DNA of 15,360 nucleotides, from IMG/VR virus record IMGVR_UViG_3300029142_000001, positions 64,001 to 79,360 of that record; one strand, given 5' to 3'. How positions within the stretch are numbered: position 1 is the first letter of the stretch; each line of letters starts with the position of its first letter. The notes under the pieces were generated by a model. That model searched no databases. It was not told the DNA's origin and saw only the letters and a list, made by a program, of their open reading frames with translations. This document shows, piece by piece, positions 13,637 to 15,360 of the stretch. Origin of the DNA: a virus (lineage: Duplodnaviria; Heunggongvirae; Uroviricota; Caudoviricetes). Position numbers and translations under genes: made by a program.

Positions 13637-14584
13637 TTATTCGACTAAATCTGATTCTTCGTCAATATATAGATTTTCTTCTGAGTCTTCTTGGATTTCT
13701 GATTTCTTATGAAGTCTGTTTCTTGTTCTCTGAATTTCTTTTCGAACCTTCTTAGGTTGAATTTGTGAGGCGAGACCTTCATCTCCAAAAATAAGATCTT
13801 TCTTTTCTTCTGGAAGTTCTTCTTTGACATTTTCAAGTAATTCAACGCTAGATTCATGGGAATCCTTGTAGATTTTTGCTTTATAGAAAGAATGTACTAA
13901 GAATATAAGTGTGACAATAAGACCTATTCCAAGAAGAACGAATCCAATAATAGCAATCCATTTCAGATAATAAGTTCCTGCAACAGCAATTGTTGTGATG
14001 AGAAGACCGAATCCGATAAGATATGCACCAAGTTTTGGATTGAAGAATGCAAGAGCAATACCACCAATAACAATAAGACCACCAAAAGCGGCCATGCTTG
14101 TTAATAGTGTGTACAATTTTTTTCGAGCTTCTTTACTTTCTTCTTCTTGTGCTTCTTGCAGATCAGCTTCAAGATCTTCAACTGTTCTTCCTGTACTTGA
14201 AATCATTCTCGATTCTTCTTCGAGCTTATCAACTTCTTGAACAATTCTACTGGTTTCATTTGTAATATTTCCAGTTTCACGCTGAATATCATCAACAGCG
14301 GATGCTAATTCTGGAAGTTCTCGTAAAGCCTCTGATTGGCCTTCAATAATATCAGCAGATTCTTGAATTCGTGTAGCTGAATCTCGAATAGCAGATCCTG
14401 ATTCTTGAATCTCTACGGCAGAATTTATAAGTTTTCCGCCCGTCAAAGAATTTGTACTAGATCTAGATATTCCCGATGTAGAACATCCTAAAAGACTTAT
14501 ACTCATTACTCCGATGAAAAATAATAACAATAGTCTCTTTTTAAATGTTGTATTATCATTGTAAGTGTTTGTCTGGTCTAACAT
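13637..14584 (-). CDS. lipoprotein signal + coiled coil + three TM helices (spanin/holin-like architecture)
   Basis: KKR n-region, hydrophobic h-region, lipobox LLG-C34; heptads IQESGSA IRDSATR IQESADI IEGQSEA; three 23-26 aa hydrophobic segments; charged tail. Confidence 0.75.
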   Translation of the reverse strand: MLDQTNTYNDNTTFKKRLLLLFFIGVMSISLLGCSTSGISRSSTNSLTGGKLINSAVEIQESGSAIRDSATRIQESADIIEGQSEALRELPELASAVDDIQRETGNITNETSRIVQEVDKLEEESRMISSTGRTVEDLEADLQEAQEEESKEARKKLYTLLTSMAAFGGLIVIGGIALAFFNPKLGAYLIGFGLLITTIAVAGTYYLKWIAIIGFVLLGIGLIVTLIFLVHSFYKAKIYKDSHESSVELLENVKEELPEEKKDLIFGDEGLASQIQPKKVRKEIQRTRNRLHKKSEIQEDSEENLYIDEESDLVE

Positions 14585-14948
14585 ATATCATTGCTCCAAT
14601 TCCATTTTTTAATATCAGTGATGTTTTTGGATTTCTCTTCGCATATTCATACACTTTTTTGCATGAATCTTCACTCATATCAAGGTATCGGTCCCATCTG
14701 TGATATCGATTTTTTCCTGTTCTAAAGTTTCTATGAACACTATCCGGGATTTGAAAAACCGGAAAGCCTAAAAATGATTCATCTGGATTGTAATCACAAT
14801 CACATGATTCGGCGGATAAAATAGCTCCAGTAGTTCCTTGCATAGTATCTACAGGGTTAGGAATGTTTGCAGTAACAGTTCCCGGAGCAGAACCTTCTTC
14901 AGTAGTAAAATCTTCTAGTTTTAATTGTATTTCTTTAAAGGTCTTCAT
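14556..14948 (-). CDS. T4-like phage protein with a capsid-targeting-like N-terminus (MKTFKEI)
   Basis: N-terminus resembles T4 internal proteins (MKTFKEF / MKTYQEF). The FLGFPVF...RW.RYL...GAMIYVR domain is recalled from T4-like phages. Confidence 0.7.
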   Translation of the reverse strand: MKTFKEIQLKLEDFTTEEGSAPGTVTANIPNPVDTMQGTTGAILSAESCDCDYNPDESFLGFPVFQIPDSVHRNFRTGKNRYHRWDRYLDMSEDSCKKVYEYAKRNPKTSLILKNGIGAMIYVRPDKHLQ

Positions 14949-15357
14949 TTATTTTATCTCTTACATAAATTTCGAATTCTAATACATCATCAAATATTGC
15001 AACTCTATTAGAATTCAATAATTGCCTGACTTTATTATTTATAATTGTGTCTTTTTTCCCATACGGTCCAGCAATCCATGTTGCCTGTACTTCAAAATTA
15101 TCCATAATAAATTCATTATAATAGCTCCAATCATCAGGAGAACCATCTATAATATCATTCATAACATTTTTTTGAATTTTTGAACTATTTCTTTGTAGAA
15201 ATTTTTCTATTAAAACAACATAAATTTTAATATATTTTTGAATAACATCTTTTATTCGATGTTTATTAATTTTAATAAATTGTGGGTAAGCTAATATAGA
15301 TTCGGGAATTTTAATATCTGGATATTTTTTTTGTACTTCAGAATTAAATTTATTCAT
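14935..15357 (-). CDS. hypothetical protein (140 aa; may extend beyond the window)
   Basis: ATG lies 3 nt from the window edge; stop overlaps the next gene by 14 nt. Confidence 0.65.
   Translation of the reverse strand: MNKFNSEVQKKYPDIKIPESILAYPQFIKINKHRIKDVIQKYIKIYVVLIEKFLQRNSSKIQKNVMNDIIDGSPDDWSYYNEFIMDNFEVQATWIAGPYGKKDTIINNKVRQLLNSNRVAIFDDVLEFEIYVRDKINEDL
15036..15043 (-). promoter_or_regulatory. candidate T4-type late promoter TATAAATA
   Basis: The + strand reads TATTTATA at 15036-15043, 88 nt upstream of the 14948 start, heading three structural-looking genes. An 8-mer this AT-rich can arise by chance. Confidence 0.5.
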
Positions 15358-15360
15358 AAA

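Noticed and set aside
210-14240. Shadow ORFs in the track (e.g. 210..407, 1156..1407, 3440..3709, 3525..3731, 5358..5591, 5922..6380, 10505..11783, 12840..13097, 13995..14240)
   Set aside because: They are antisense or out-of-frame to better-supported genes or tRNAs, lack RBSs and show no recognisable motifs.
1-15360. Alternative genetic code (stop recoding)
   Set aside because: Long ORFs, including 1246 aa, are intact in code 11, all three stops are used at plausible gene ends, and there is no suppressor tRNA.
1-15360. CRISPR array, IS element, integrase or rRNA
   Set aside because: No regularly spaced direct repeats, terminal inverted repeats, transposase/recombinase motifs or rRNA-like sequence seen.

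Overview
This window comes from an AT-rich large phage genome, probably of the T4 supergroup (inferred from a T4-type capsid-targeting N-terminus, a TATAAATA motif, a DenV-like gene and a tRNA cluster). The + strand (1-9891) holds a tRNA cluster interleaved with small ORFs: His, Ala, Leu x3, Trp and Arg x3, none with an encoded CCA. It then carries sigma70-type promoter/terminator cassettes with DUF6876-like, DUF932-like and NadM-Nudix genes, followed by a DenV-like glycosylase and a SLOG protein. The - strand (9883-15357) is a probable late operon: a 1246-aa beta-helix/Ig-like virion protein, a lipoprotein-coiled-coil-3TM protein and a protein with a capsid-targeting-like N-terminus. The most unusual signal is inside the tRNA cluster, where two anticodon-less tRNA-like RNAs, each with two T-arms, flank an unannotated 59-aa CxxCxGxG microprotein. 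The 148-nt RNA at 3852-3999 folds best as two tRNA bodies with swapped acceptor strands, i.e. a permuted tRNA nested head-to-head in the anticodon position of another. All RNA folds and protein-family calls were made by eye without tools.
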